Assembly (NCBI GenBank): GCA_947628695.1
Contig: CANRAV010000007.1
Location: 19,549 to 83,548, forward strand
DNA: 64,000 nucleotides
Source of the DNA: an uncultured Clostridia bacterium
Lineage (GTDB): Bacteria > Bacillota > Clostridia > Oscillospirales > CAG-382
Reading direction: 5' to 3'
Of this stretch, positions 28,344-36,659 are shown one piece after another. A program made the position numbers and the translations under genes. The notes beneath the pieces were generated by a model, which ran no database searches, was not told where the DNA came from, and was given only the letters and a program-made list of their open reading frames with translations. The number at the start of each line of letters is the position of its first letter. The first letter of the stretch is position 1.

Positions 28344-29099
28344 ATGACCGAGCTTATTAAAGATCATCTTTCTTATACGTTGGAGGGCAATGTTGCTCAT
28401 TTTATTTTGGATGAAGAAAAGCGCCCTTTTTGGTCAAAGGCCTTGAATGCTTATTTGACCGAGAATCATGTCGATCTCCAAATGCGTCAAAGGTATGAAG
28501 AACAGCGCGTCGGAATGACAAAAAACGCAATTCTCAGACGTTTTGTCGATTTTGTCTCTTCTGTACACGGCGTAAAGGTCGATCTTGCCAGCGGGCCGTC
28601 CGGATATTTTGCTCCTTTTCTCGATTCGCTTTCCGAAGAGGACACATTGATTGTGACTGACGCCTGCCCGGCTGTTGTATCTGCGCTTTCTTCGGTTTGC
28701 GACAAAAGCAATTTCTATGTATTTGATGTTGACCTGGATAAAGAACTGCCATTCAAGGATGAATGCCTTGATATTGTGACGGGGAATCTGTTAAATAACG
28801 TGGACAACTACGCTTTGCTTGTGCGCGAGGTGTATCGGTGCTTAAAACACGGAGGAAAATTTGCCTTAATTGAAATGTTCTTTGAACACGGCTGCAAAAC
28901 ATATTCACACCTCAAGGAAGAGGGGCGAATATGGGCATCCTTTGAATCCTTTGCGGAGTACTTAGAAAAGGTCGGTTTCACCTACATCGGCGGCGATGTT
29001 ATCGGTACAAGAAAGGGCAAAATTTCCGAGGGCGATTTGTACCCGCTGGACGAAAACGACCGCTGGAGCAATCGAACGCTGTATTTTCAAAAACCGTAA
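28344..29099 (+). CDS. Class I SAM-dependent methyltransferase
   Basis: It has motif I (VDLASGPSGY), an acidic post-I residue, and a Methyltransf_11-like core. Confidence 0.65.
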   Translation: MTELIKDHLSYTLEGNVAHFILDEEKRPFWSKALNAYLTENHVDLQMRQRYEEQRVGMTKNAILRRFVDFVSSVHGVKVDLASGPSGYFAPFLDSLSEEDTLIVTDACPAVVSALSSVCDKSNFYVFDVDLDKELPFKDECLDIVTGNLLNNVDNYALLVREVYRCLKHGGKFALIEMFFEHGCKTYSHLKEEGRIWASFESFAEYLEKVGFTYIGGDVIGTRKGKISEGDLYPLDENDRWSNRTLYFQKP

Positions 29100-29197
29100 G
29101 ATTTACAGCCGGCACCGGTGAAGGGCAATCCCTTTCGCGGTGCCTGTTTTGCAAAAAAGATAAGCCTTCGGTGAGAAAAAAGAAGAGAATTATTGAT

Positions 29198-30523
29198 ATG
29201 ACAAAATGTATTATCTGCGGAAAAGAAAATTCAAAACTGCTGTGCGAAAATTGCAGGAAAAAGACAGACTTGGAAGAGCTTTTCGGGAAGATGCTTGCGT
29301 ACAAGCCGTTAAGCGGCGAAAACGCAATTTGGGACGAGATCAGCGGGAAGCTTTCAAATCCCCTCCATTTCAAATACCTTATTTTTGCTCTTAGTTCGGA
29401 AATGGAGACGCCGAGGAAGGAATACTGGCGCGTTATCGCGCTTTGCGGATTTTGGCCGAACCTTTACAAAGAATTCCGTCCGTGGTTTCGCAGGGTTTAC
29501 AGCGCCGTTGCAGACATTCCCGGACTGTCGGAGTCGGAAAGAAACCGCCTTCACGGGGTTGCTTTGGGGGCGTATTACATGGACTACGACTACGAAGAAG
29601 CGGAGGAGGTTGCCGCAAAGCTGCGTGCTTCAAGCAAGCTCTCCTGGTACGAATATTATAACCTTGTAAGCTTCTATACCACCACCCGAAGATATGACCT
29701 TGCGGATAAAGTTATAGACGAATGCATCGTCAACTGCGGAGACTACGCATATGCAGTGCAGACAATGAAAGAGCTTTCCGCAAAAAACGCAAAGCAGCGG
29801 GAAAAGTCTCTGACGGGGAAAAAAGAGTACATACCTTGCCCGAGAGAAAACGGGGACGAAGTGCGTGAAAAATACTTCAACTTTTTGGTCTCTATCGGCG
29901 TCTTGGAAACAGCTCCGACGCTTATTAAACACCCAAAAACAGTTATCCCTCGCGGGATGTATCCCGAGCCGACGGAAACAGGGAATGCCGACTTTGACCG
30001 TTTTGTTGCGTTTGACGTCGAAACCACGGGCTTGAGTCCGATAACCGACTCTATTATCGAGATCGGCGCAATTAAGGTCATAGGAAACAGAATCGTAGAA
30101 TCCGAAAAGTTCACCTTTGAAGAGCTTGTTCATCCCTTGGACAACAAGAAGCTTTCAAAAACGATCGAAGACATTACTGGAATTACAAACGAAGAGGTCA
30201 GCGGTGCGAGATGCATCTGGGAGGTTCTTCCGGATTTCATGAATTTTTGCGAGGATTATGTGCTGCTTGGGTTTAACTGCATGGCCTTCGACAGCCGCTT
30301 TATGATACGCGCAGGACGCTACAGCAATATCGTCATCAAAAACAAGTATTTTGACGTCATGCTTTTTGCGGACTTGTTTAAGGAGAGACTTGGAATCTAC
30401 GCAAGGAAGGTTTCTTTGCGAAAGCTTGCCGACAGGCTTGGCGTAACAAATCCCCGTGCGCATAGGGCTTTGGCCGACGCAATAACAACCGCAAAGGTGT
30501 TTTTGAAGCTGAAAGAGCTTTAA
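29198..30523 (+). CDS. Zinc-ribbon / helical-repeat protein with a C-terminal DEDD (DnaQ-like) 3'-5' exonuclease domain
   Basis: It has N-terminal CxxC...CxxC, an Exo I motif (FVAFDVETTGL), and a later HRALADA (Exo III). ATG at 29198 is preferred over GTG at 29171. Confidence 0.75.
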   Translation: MTKCIICGKENSKLLCENCRKKTDLEELFGKMLAYKPLSGENAIWDEISGKLSNPLHFKYLIFALSSEMETPRKEYWRVIALCGFWPNLYKEFRPWFRRVYSAVADIPGLSESERNRLHGVALGAYYMDYDYEEAEEVAAKLRASSKLSWYEYYNLVSFYTTTRRYDLADKVIDECIVNCGDYAYAVQTMKELSAKNAKQREKSLTGKKEYIPCPRENGDEVREKYFNFLVSIGVLETAPTLIKHPKTVIPRGMYPEPTETGNADFDRFVAFDVETTGLSPITDSIIEIGAIKVIGNRIVESEKFTFEELVHPLDNKKLSKTIEDITGITNEEVSGARCIWEVLPDFMNFCEDYVLLGFNCMAFDSRFMIRAGRYSNIVIKNKYFDVMLFADLFKERLGIYARKVSLRKLADRLGVTNPRAHRALADAITTAKVFLKLKEL

Positions 30524-30622
30524 CACCTCTGCTTAAGAATGGCTATATGTCAACAGCTGGGGTCGGGTGTTCTTCACCCGACCCCAACATTTATATTACC
30601 TCTTTAATCTTACATAGTAAAA

Positions 30623-30661
30623 AGCGAATGAAGCCAAACGGTTTCATTCGCTAATTTTTTT
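30623..30661. terminator. Bidirectional Rho-independent terminator
   Basis: AGCGAATGAA-N10-TTCATTCGCT is flanked by an A-run upstream and a T-run downstream, so it terminates on either strand. A second GC-rich hairpin lies at 30559-30585. Confidence 0.75.
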
Positions 30662-30699
30662 GAAAGAACGTGTAAAACGTGGGGCTGACTCTTCCGAAG

Positions 30700-30725
30700 T
30701 TGCGTAGAACATAAACTTCTACGCA
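30700..30725. repeat. Left recombination-site candidate: TTGCGTAGAACATAAACTTCTACGCA
   Basis: It has 9-bp arms (TGCGTAGAA / TTCTACGCA) around a 7-bp asymmetric spacer (CATAAAC). Its exact reverse complement occurs at 32202-32227. Confidence 0.65.
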
Positions 30726-30751
30726 TGACAAATAAAATGCTTTTCTGTTAA

Positions 30752-30780
30752 ATTCTACCACAATTTTTTCATTCCGTCAA
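30752..30780 (-). promoter_or_regulatory. Near-consensus sigma-A promoter on the minus strand inside the invertible segment, firing toward the left site
   Basis: The minus strand reads TTGACG (30780-30775), a 17-nt spacer, then TAGAAT (30757-30752). TGG immediately precedes the -10, giving an extended -10. Confidence 0.6.
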
Positions 30781-30993
30781 TGGGTTCAAGCATAATTTCG
30801 ACAATAATTAAACATTTTTTCACTCTTGGCTCCTTTCGTTGGGAGTTGAAAAAGAGAAAAATGGACTTTTTAGGGGTCTTAAGACGTGGTCAAGCCGATT
30901 CAGATGTTATTCGTTGCTGCATCGCATCCTTGTATTATCATATTAGTGAGGCTTTACAGCCTCAAAATATATGGGTTTAAAGGAGTCTTTATC

Positions 30994-32124
30994 ATGCCGA
31001 AAAGAGGGGCAAACATTCACAAGAGGAAAGATGGGCGTTGGGAAGCCCGATACAAAAAGGGGCGCACGCCGGAAGGAAAACTTATTTACGGTTCCGTGTA
31101 CGGTCATTCATACAAAGAAGCGAAGGAGAAACTGCTGTATGCTTTGTCTCAATATAAAAACGAAAGGTTGACAAAGACACATGAACACACCTTTAAGAAA
31201 ATCCTCCTAATGTGGCTGGAGAACAACCGCATCCGATGCAAGGGATCCACATGCAGCAAGTATCAGTACATGATTGAAAGGCACATTATTCCGCAGCTCG
31301 GCAACGTAAAAATGAGTGCTTTAAACGCAACGACGGTCAACACATTTTTAATAAATAAACTCACTTGCGGCCGGTTGGACAAACGCGGAGGTCTCGCTCC
31401 GTCTTATGTGCGAAGCCTTATGCTGATTATAAACGGTGCAATAAAGTTTGCCGTTTCAGAGGAATTGTGTGCGCCAATGAAAACACAAATATCGAGGCCT
31501 ACAGCGCAAAAACACGAATTGCCTATTCTAAGCCGAGATGCACAGAGAAGGCTGGAGTCCCGGCTGTTTGCCGAGCCGAGCCCGACGGGCATTGGCGTTT
31601 TGCTCTCTCTACATACCGGTATTCGCATTGGGGAAGTTTGCGCACTGACATGGAACGACGTGGATCTCGGCAACCGTATCATTCATATTCGCCATACAAT
31701 TTCTCGAATTAAAAATCCGAATGATTCAGGGACTGAAAAATCAATTTTAATTGTCGATACTCCGAAAACAAAAGCGTCCACCCGTGACATTCCGATTTCA
31801 TCGGCGTTGTATCCTGTTTTGAGTGAGTGGGCATTTAAAATCCCAAATCACTATGTTGTATCCGACAGTACCGAGTTTCTCAGTCCCAGAACCTACGAGT
31901 ACCGTTATCATCGGATACTGCACGAGTGCGGAATTGAATCAATCAATTATCATGCATTACGGCATACCTTTGCTACCCGATGTATTGAGGCCGGCGTGGA
32001 TGTAAAATCGCTTAGCGAGATTCTCGGCCATGCAAATGTGGGAATTACGCTCGGAACTTATGTGCATTCCTCGATGGATCTGAAACGTACACAGCTTGAA
32101 AAGCTGGCGTCTTTTACAGTTTAG
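30994..32124 (+). CDS. Tyrosine-type site-specific recombinase/integrase
   Basis: ATG at 30994 follows AAAGGAG. It has an N-terminal SAM-like domain, and catalytic-domain motifs (LLSLHTGIRIGEVCAL, HALRHTFAT, LGHANVGITLGTY). Confidence 0.88.
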   Translation: MPKRGANIHKRKDGRWEARYKKGRTPEGKLIYGSVYGHSYKEAKEKLLYALSQYKNERLTKTHEHTFKKILLMWLENNRIRCKGSTCSKYQYMIERHIIPQLGNVKMSALNATTVNTFLINKLTCGRLDKRGGLAPSYVRSLMLIINGAIKFAVSEELCAPMKTQISRPTAQKHELPILSRDAQRRLESRLFAEPSPTGIGVLLSLHTGIRIGEVCALTWNDVDLGNRIIHIRHTISRIKNPNDSGTEKSILIVDTPKTKASTRDIPISSALYPVLSEWAFKIPNHYVVSDSTEFLSPRTYEYRYHRILHECGIESINYHALRHTFATRCIEAGVDVKSLSEILGHANVGITLGTYVHSSMDLKRTQLEKLASFTV

Positions 32125-32201
32125 TCCAAAGCTATATAGTGGTCAAATTTGTGGTCGTATAGTCGTGGAGAAATTGTGAAATAAACGTTATTTGCAATTA
32201 T

Positions 32202-32227
32202 TGCGTAGAAGTTTATGTTCTACGCAA
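32202..32227. repeat. Right recombination-site candidate (exact inverted copy of the left site)
   Basis: TGCGTAGAAGTTTATGTTCTACGCAA. The spacer GTTTATG is the reverse complement of CATAAAC, so the two sites are in inverted orientation. Confidence 0.65.
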
Positions 32228-32353
32228 ACAACTGCACCGGGAGCAGGCAATTCTTTGTGTTTCTGCTGCAATGACAGAGGTGCGAGAAGGACGTAGCAAA
32301 TCTACCGGTAATTGATAGATAAACGAAGCAAATAAAGCGGAGGTGGGGTGTAT

Positions 32354-33472
32354 TTGATCGAGTTTAGGCCAAAGCTTAGGGATGGCCGCTTAGTTGTCAG
32401 AGTAAAGCTGTCCCCTTATGATGTGATCAACGGCACCGAGCTTGATATTATCTCCGGCTCTTACATCCGAGGCTTTTTGAAAGCAAGGCAAATCAAACGA
32501 AATGTGATTGAATATACAGGCCCGGTTGGAATTCCATTGGTCAGCCGTATGAAGAAACCCATTTCTCAATATGACTTTTTCTTTATCATGGAGCAGATTG
32601 TTGACGCAGCGCAAAAACTGCAGCGTTCCAACCTTCTTCCCGGGAAAGTGACTTGGGATATTCGCAATGTTTATATCAATGAGGCAACCAAAGAACTGCA
32701 GTTTATATACGTGCCGATTACATCGGCTCAGATAAATTCAAATATCATAGCATTTATAGAGTCTATAGTTTATGCAGCGATTCCGTTGCCGAATCAGAAT
32801 CCGGATTATATTTCACAGTTTTTGTATTTCATTAATTCGCTGCCAAGATTCAATGCGGATGCAATCGAGAAATATATTGCCAAGGTTGATAGAAAAGTTG
32901 TAAACACAATCAAACAGCATGCCTCCGTTTCAAGTGGATTTATGACCGACAAGCCAAAAGATTATTATGCGCATCTTGACGAGAAAAAGGGAGAGGGCAA
33001 TGATAATGAACCGGCGGATTATATTGACGATGATGCACCGACGGATCTTCTTGATGAAGAAAAAACAGGCCTTCTCGACGAAGATGCGCCAACAGGGCAT
33101 CTTGATGAAGGAGAAGAAACAGGATTGCTGAGTGATGAAGAGGGGACAGCTCTTCTTGATGAAAGCGGAACAGATATTCAATACCCCACGCTTTGCCGTG
33201 TTTTAACCGGGGAAACAATTGTTATCAACAAGCCGGTTTTCCGCATTGGAAAAGAACACAGCTATGTTGACTTTTTTGTCAGCAACAATAATGCAGTCAG
33301 CAGAAGCCACGCAGATATCATAACCAGAGGACAGAGATATTTCGTTATTGATCTGAACTCGAAGAACAGAACCTTCATTAACAATCAAGCACTTCCCGTA
33401 CAGCAAGAAGTGGAAATCTTTAACGGAGATCGATTAAAATTGGCGAACGAAGAGTTTGTGTTCAGTATATAG
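32354..33472 (+). CDS. FHA-domain protein with an N-terminal ~200-aa domain, an acidic T-x-L-L repeat linker and a C-terminal FHA
   Basis: The C-terminal FHA is FRIGKE...VSRSHADI...DLNSKNRTFINN. The linker has 5 repeats of the (E/P)TxLLDE type. TTG at 32354 lies 9 nt after GGAGGTG; the ORF track starts at GTG 32348. Confidence 0.8.
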   Translation: MIEFRPKLRDGRLVVRVKLSPYDVINGTELDIISGSYIRGFLKARQIKRNVIEYTGPVGIPLVSRMKKPISQYDFFFIMEQIVDAAQKLQRSNLLPGKVTWDIRNVYINEATKELQFIYVPITSAQINSNIIAFIESIVYAAIPLPNQNPDYISQFLYFINSLPRFNADAIEKYIAKVDRKVVNTIKQHASVSSGFMTDKPKDYYAHLDEKKGEGNDNEPADYIDDDAPTDLLDEEKTGLLDEDAPTGHLDEGEETGLLSDEEGTALLDESGTDIQYPTLCRVLTGETIVINKPVFRIGKEHSYVDFFVSNNNAVSRSHADIITRGQRYFVIDLNSKNRTFINNQALPVQQEVEIFNGDRLKLANEEFVFSI

Positions 33473-33486
33473 AAGGGGACAGTCTT

Positions 33487-34146
33487 ATGAGCAAATTGTG
33501 CCGAAATTGTAATACGGTGTTGGACGACACGGATACATTCTGTTTTCACTGTGGGACGCCTGTGGACACTTCCAATGACGGGGAAACAAGCCTTTTGACA
33601 GATGATAATGAAGAAACGGGGCTCCTAAACAGCACCGATAAAGATACCTCTTTACTTGACGAGGAAACGAGGGAGTTGAACCCCGAGGATATGCCAAGAT
33701 ACACGCCGCAGTATGCTCCTTCGCAGCCGTCATTTGGTCAAAACACGCCTAATTCACCGCAGAGATTGAGCGAGAAGGATTTTTATGAAAAATTCGTCTC
33801 GAAAAAGATAAAAGGGTGGACTACGGCTATCGGCGTGCTTTCGCTTGTTTCAGGCGGAATTAATCTGCCGCTCTTATTTCTCGGCAATTTGCTTTCGATT
33901 ATAGACATTGCTTTTTATGTTTCAATGGGCATTTTGATATTAACAACAAAAAAATGGGGACTGCCGCTTGCGGTCACTATATACAGCGGGGTCTTTTCCG
34001 TTATCACCGTTGCGATCAGCGGTATTCCCAGTGGAATTGCAGTATTGATAGTTGGAATTTTCGCAACAATCTATCTTAAAAAAGCAAACGATGCATACAA
34101 ACTGTATTGCGAATCCGGGGTACTCCCCCAGAAGCCTGTTGAGTGA
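33487..34146 (+). CDS. Zinc-ribbon membrane protein with T-x-L-L repeats
   Basis: It has an N-terminal CRNC...CFHC ribbon, then ETSLL/ETGLL/DTSLL repeats, then 3-4 C-terminal TM helices. Confidence 0.7.
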   Translation: MSKLCRNCNTVLDDTDTFCFHCGTPVDTSNDGETSLLTDDNEETGLLNSTDKDTSLLDEETRELNPEDMPRYTPQYAPSQPSFGQNTPNSPQRLSEKDFYEKFVSKKIKGWTTAIGVLSLVSGGINLPLLFLGNLLSIIDIAFYVSMGILILTTKKWGLPLAVTIYSGVFSVITVAISGIPSGIAVLIVGIFATIYLKKANDAYKLYCESGVLPQKPVE

Positions 34147-34159
34147 GGAGGAGCAAAAG

Positions 34160-34921
34160 ATGCGGTTTTTAGCAACTGCGGACACCGACATCGGGATCAG
34201 TAAAGGCACAAATCAAGACAGCGTTTTAATAAAACATGCCGCATACGATGACGGCGAGACACTAATGGCCATCGTATGCGATGGGATGGGCGGACTCTCT
34301 AAAGGTGAGCTTGCCAGCGCAACCGTAATTCGGGCGTTTTCCAAGTGGTTTGAAGAAGACCTCCCTTATGAGCTCGATGATGTAAACATGGAGGTCATCG
34401 GCGGGAAATGGTCGCTGATGCTGAAGGATCTGAATGCAAAGATTGCTGAATACGGAAAGCAAATAAATGAAAGCTTAGGTACCACATTCTCCGGTATCCT
34501 TTTTGCCGGTGATCAATACGTTATTGTCCATGTAGGGGATTCACGCGTTTATCAAATTGGGTCTTCCATGCGTCAACTCACTACGGATCAAACCTTCATT
34601 GCCAGGGAAATCAGCCGTGGTACTATGACGCTGGAGCAGGCGAAAACAGACAAACGCCGCAATCTCCTTTTGCAATGTGTAGGTGCGTCTGAGGTTGTCA
34701 CTCCGCAGGTGTTGTGCGGAAAGGCGGAAAAAGGCGCATACATGCTCTGCTCGGACGGATTTCGCCATGAAATTAGCGATGAAGAAATGTATGAATCGCT
34801 CAACCCGATAAACTTAATGAACAAACAGGCGATGCATAATAATACGAAATATCTGATCGAGCAGGCAAAGTCGCGTAAAGAAAAGGATAACATCTCCGTT
34901 ATCCTGATCAAAGCGGAGTGA
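34160..34921 (+). CDS. PP2C-family Ser/Thr protein phosphatase
   Basis: It has TDIGISKGTNQDS, the CDGMGG metal-binding motif and a C-terminal DNISVILI. ATG at 34160 follows GAGGAGGAG. Confidence 0.88.
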   Translation: MRFLATADTDIGISKGTNQDSVLIKHAAYDDGETLMAIVCDGMGGLSKGELASATVIRAFSKWFEEDLPYELDDVNMEVIGGKWSLMLKDLNAKIAEYGKQINESLGTTFSGILFAGDQYVIVHVGDSRVYQIGSSMRQLTTDQTFIAREISRGTMTLEQAKTDKRRNLLLQCVGASEVVTPQVLCGKAEKGAYMLCSDGFRHEISDEEMYESLNPINLMNKQAMHNNTKYLIEQAKSRKEKDNISVILIKAE

Positions 34922-34932
34922 GGTAAGACGAC

Positions 34933-36657
34933 ATGACGGAAATCGGCACCGTAATTGACGGCAAGTATGAGATACTGAAAGAAATCGGCCGCGGCGGTAT
35001 GTCTATCGTCTATCTCGCCATGGATAAGCGGCTCAATAAGCAGTGGGCGGTTAAGGAAATACGCAAAAAGGGCAGCGGTAAGAATGACGAAGTTGTTGTC
35101 AACAGCCTGCTTGCGGAAGCCAACTTAATGAAGAGGCTGGATCATCCCGCTTTGCCGAGGATTGTCGATATTATTGATAATGGCGTAACGATCTATGTAG
35201 TCATGGACTACATAGAGGGCGAATCCCTCGATAAGATCCTTAACGAGTACGGTGCGCAGCCTGAAGAAACGGTCATTACTTGGGCAAAGCAGCTTTGTGA
35301 TGCGCTCTCCTATCTGCACTCACAAAAGCCACCGATTATTTATCGCGACATGAAGCCGGCCAACGTCATGCTCAAGCCGGAAGGCAATATTAAAATTATT
35401 GATTTCGGCATTGCACGTGAGTACAAGGAGCAAAACCTTGCCGATACCACGGTGCTTGGTACTAAGGGCTATGCACCTCCGGAACAGTACAGCGGTCAGA
35501 CAGATCCGCGTTCCGACATTTTCGCCCTTGGTATGACGATGCATCATCTGCTTACCGGAATTGATCCGAGGAACGGCGACGCCTACTCATCTGTTCGTCA
35601 GTGGAACCCGGAGCTTTCGGAAGGTATTGAGGCAATCATTGATAAATGCGTTCAGCCGGCGGCAGAAAACCGATACCAAAGCTGCGCAGATCTGCTGTAT
35701 GACCTTGAACATCCCGAATTGATTACCGGAGGGTTCAAGAAAAAGCAGAAAAGAAAACTGGGTGCCTTTATTACCGCAGCGGTTTTGAGCGCCTTGATGT
35801 TAATCTCCGGGCTTGTCTGCCGAGGGCTGGCTGCCATGATTAACACAAATAACTATGAGGCGTATATCGCATCCCAAAACAATATAGAAAACTATAAACT
35901 GGCTATCGAGCTGTATCCGAACGATCCGAGGGCATACGATAGGATTTTGGATACATTTGACAACAGCATCAACACAAGGTCGGATTCCGATGCGGAGAAG
36001 CTGCTTACATCGGAGGAGTTAAAGCAGTTTGAAGCACTTTACGACCCAAGCGATGACGCGAAGTACAGCAGCGATTATCAGGGCTTTTCGGAGCTCAACT
36101 ATCGCATCGGGAAAATGTGCTTTACCTATTACGACAGGACTCTTTCGCAGAACGAAAATTTCAGCGCGAGAATCAATAAGGCGTATATCTATCTGAATCA
36201 AAACCACACCTTTATTCAGAATTCACAGGTGGCGCAGTCATCCGGTAACATGCAGCTTTCCGAGTGCTACTTTCAAATTTGCGACTTCTATAAAAAGTAT
36301 ATCTTCAGCCAAACGGCGGACACGGCCTCTGCAGAGGATTTCGCAAGCTTTTTCGGTTCATTGGATGACTTGCTTGACGGTGTAGAGAGCAATTCATCCG
36401 CTACTGCCTATGATAAGCTGGAGCTGTACAACAACATATTCATGCTTCTGTATGACAGAAGAGCGGATATGGTTTCCGCAGGCGTCAGCCGGGACATTGT
36501 GCTGGAGCTGTTTGACAGGGTCTACAGCAGCGCTGAAGAAATTGATGCCTCCCAGCGGACACTGTGGACTGTCCTTAAGGCTGAAATGCAGGATAATTAC
36601 GCAACCTACAAGGCTGCGATTCAAAGGGCCTATACCAATGCGGAGGGAAGGGGTTAA
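34933..36657 (+). CDS. Hanks-type Ser/Thr protein kinase with one TM and a ~280-aa extracytoplasmic domain
   Basis: The kinase motifs are a G-loop (GRGGMSIVY), a catalytic Lys (WAVKEI), a catalytic loop (YRDMKPANVM), DFG, and GTKGYAPPE. The TM is at about aa 265-290. No PASTA repeats were recognised. Confidence 0.88.
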   Translation: MTEIGTVIDGKYEILKEIGRGGMSIVYLAMDKRLNKQWAVKEIRKKGSGKNDEVVVNSLLAEANLMKRLDHPALPRIVDIIDNGVTIYVVMDYIEGESLDKILNEYGAQPEETVITWAKQLCDALSYLHSQKPPIIYRDMKPANVMLKPEGNIKIIDFGIAREYKEQNLADTTVLGTKGYAPPEQYSGQTDPRSDIFALGMTMHHLLTGIDPRNGDAYSSVRQWNPELSEGIEAIIDKCVQPAAENRYQSCADLLYDLEHPELITGGFKKKQKRKLGAFITAAVLSALMLISGLVCRGLAAMINTNNYEAYIASQNNIENYKLAIELYPNDPRAYDRILDTFDNSINTRSDSDAEKLLTSEELKQFEALYDPSDDAKYSSDYQGFSELNYRIGKMCFTYYDRTLSQNENFSARINKAYIYLNQNHTFIQNSQVAQSSGNMQLSECYFQICDFYKKYIFSQTADTASAEDFASFFGSLDDLLDGVESNSSATAYDKLELYNNIFMLLYDRRADMVSAGVSRDIVLELFDRVYSSAEEIDASQRTLWTVLKAEMQDNYATYKAAIQRAYTNAEGRG

Positions 36658-36659
36658 TC

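Larger units (their letters stand above)
30700..32227. mobile_element. Candidate invertible DNA segment (recombinase plus outward promoter between inverted recombination sites)
   Basis: An exact 26-bp inverted repeat sits at both ends. The segment contains a tyrosine recombinase gene and a consensus promoter facing out of the left end. Confidence 0.6.

Noticed and set aside
30994-32124. The integrase as a marker of a prophage or ICE carrying the T7SS island.
   Set aside because: No phage structural, replication or conjugation genes are present. The flanking repeats are inverted (not direct att-like) and lie only 1.5 kb apart around the recombinase itself, which fits an invertase better.
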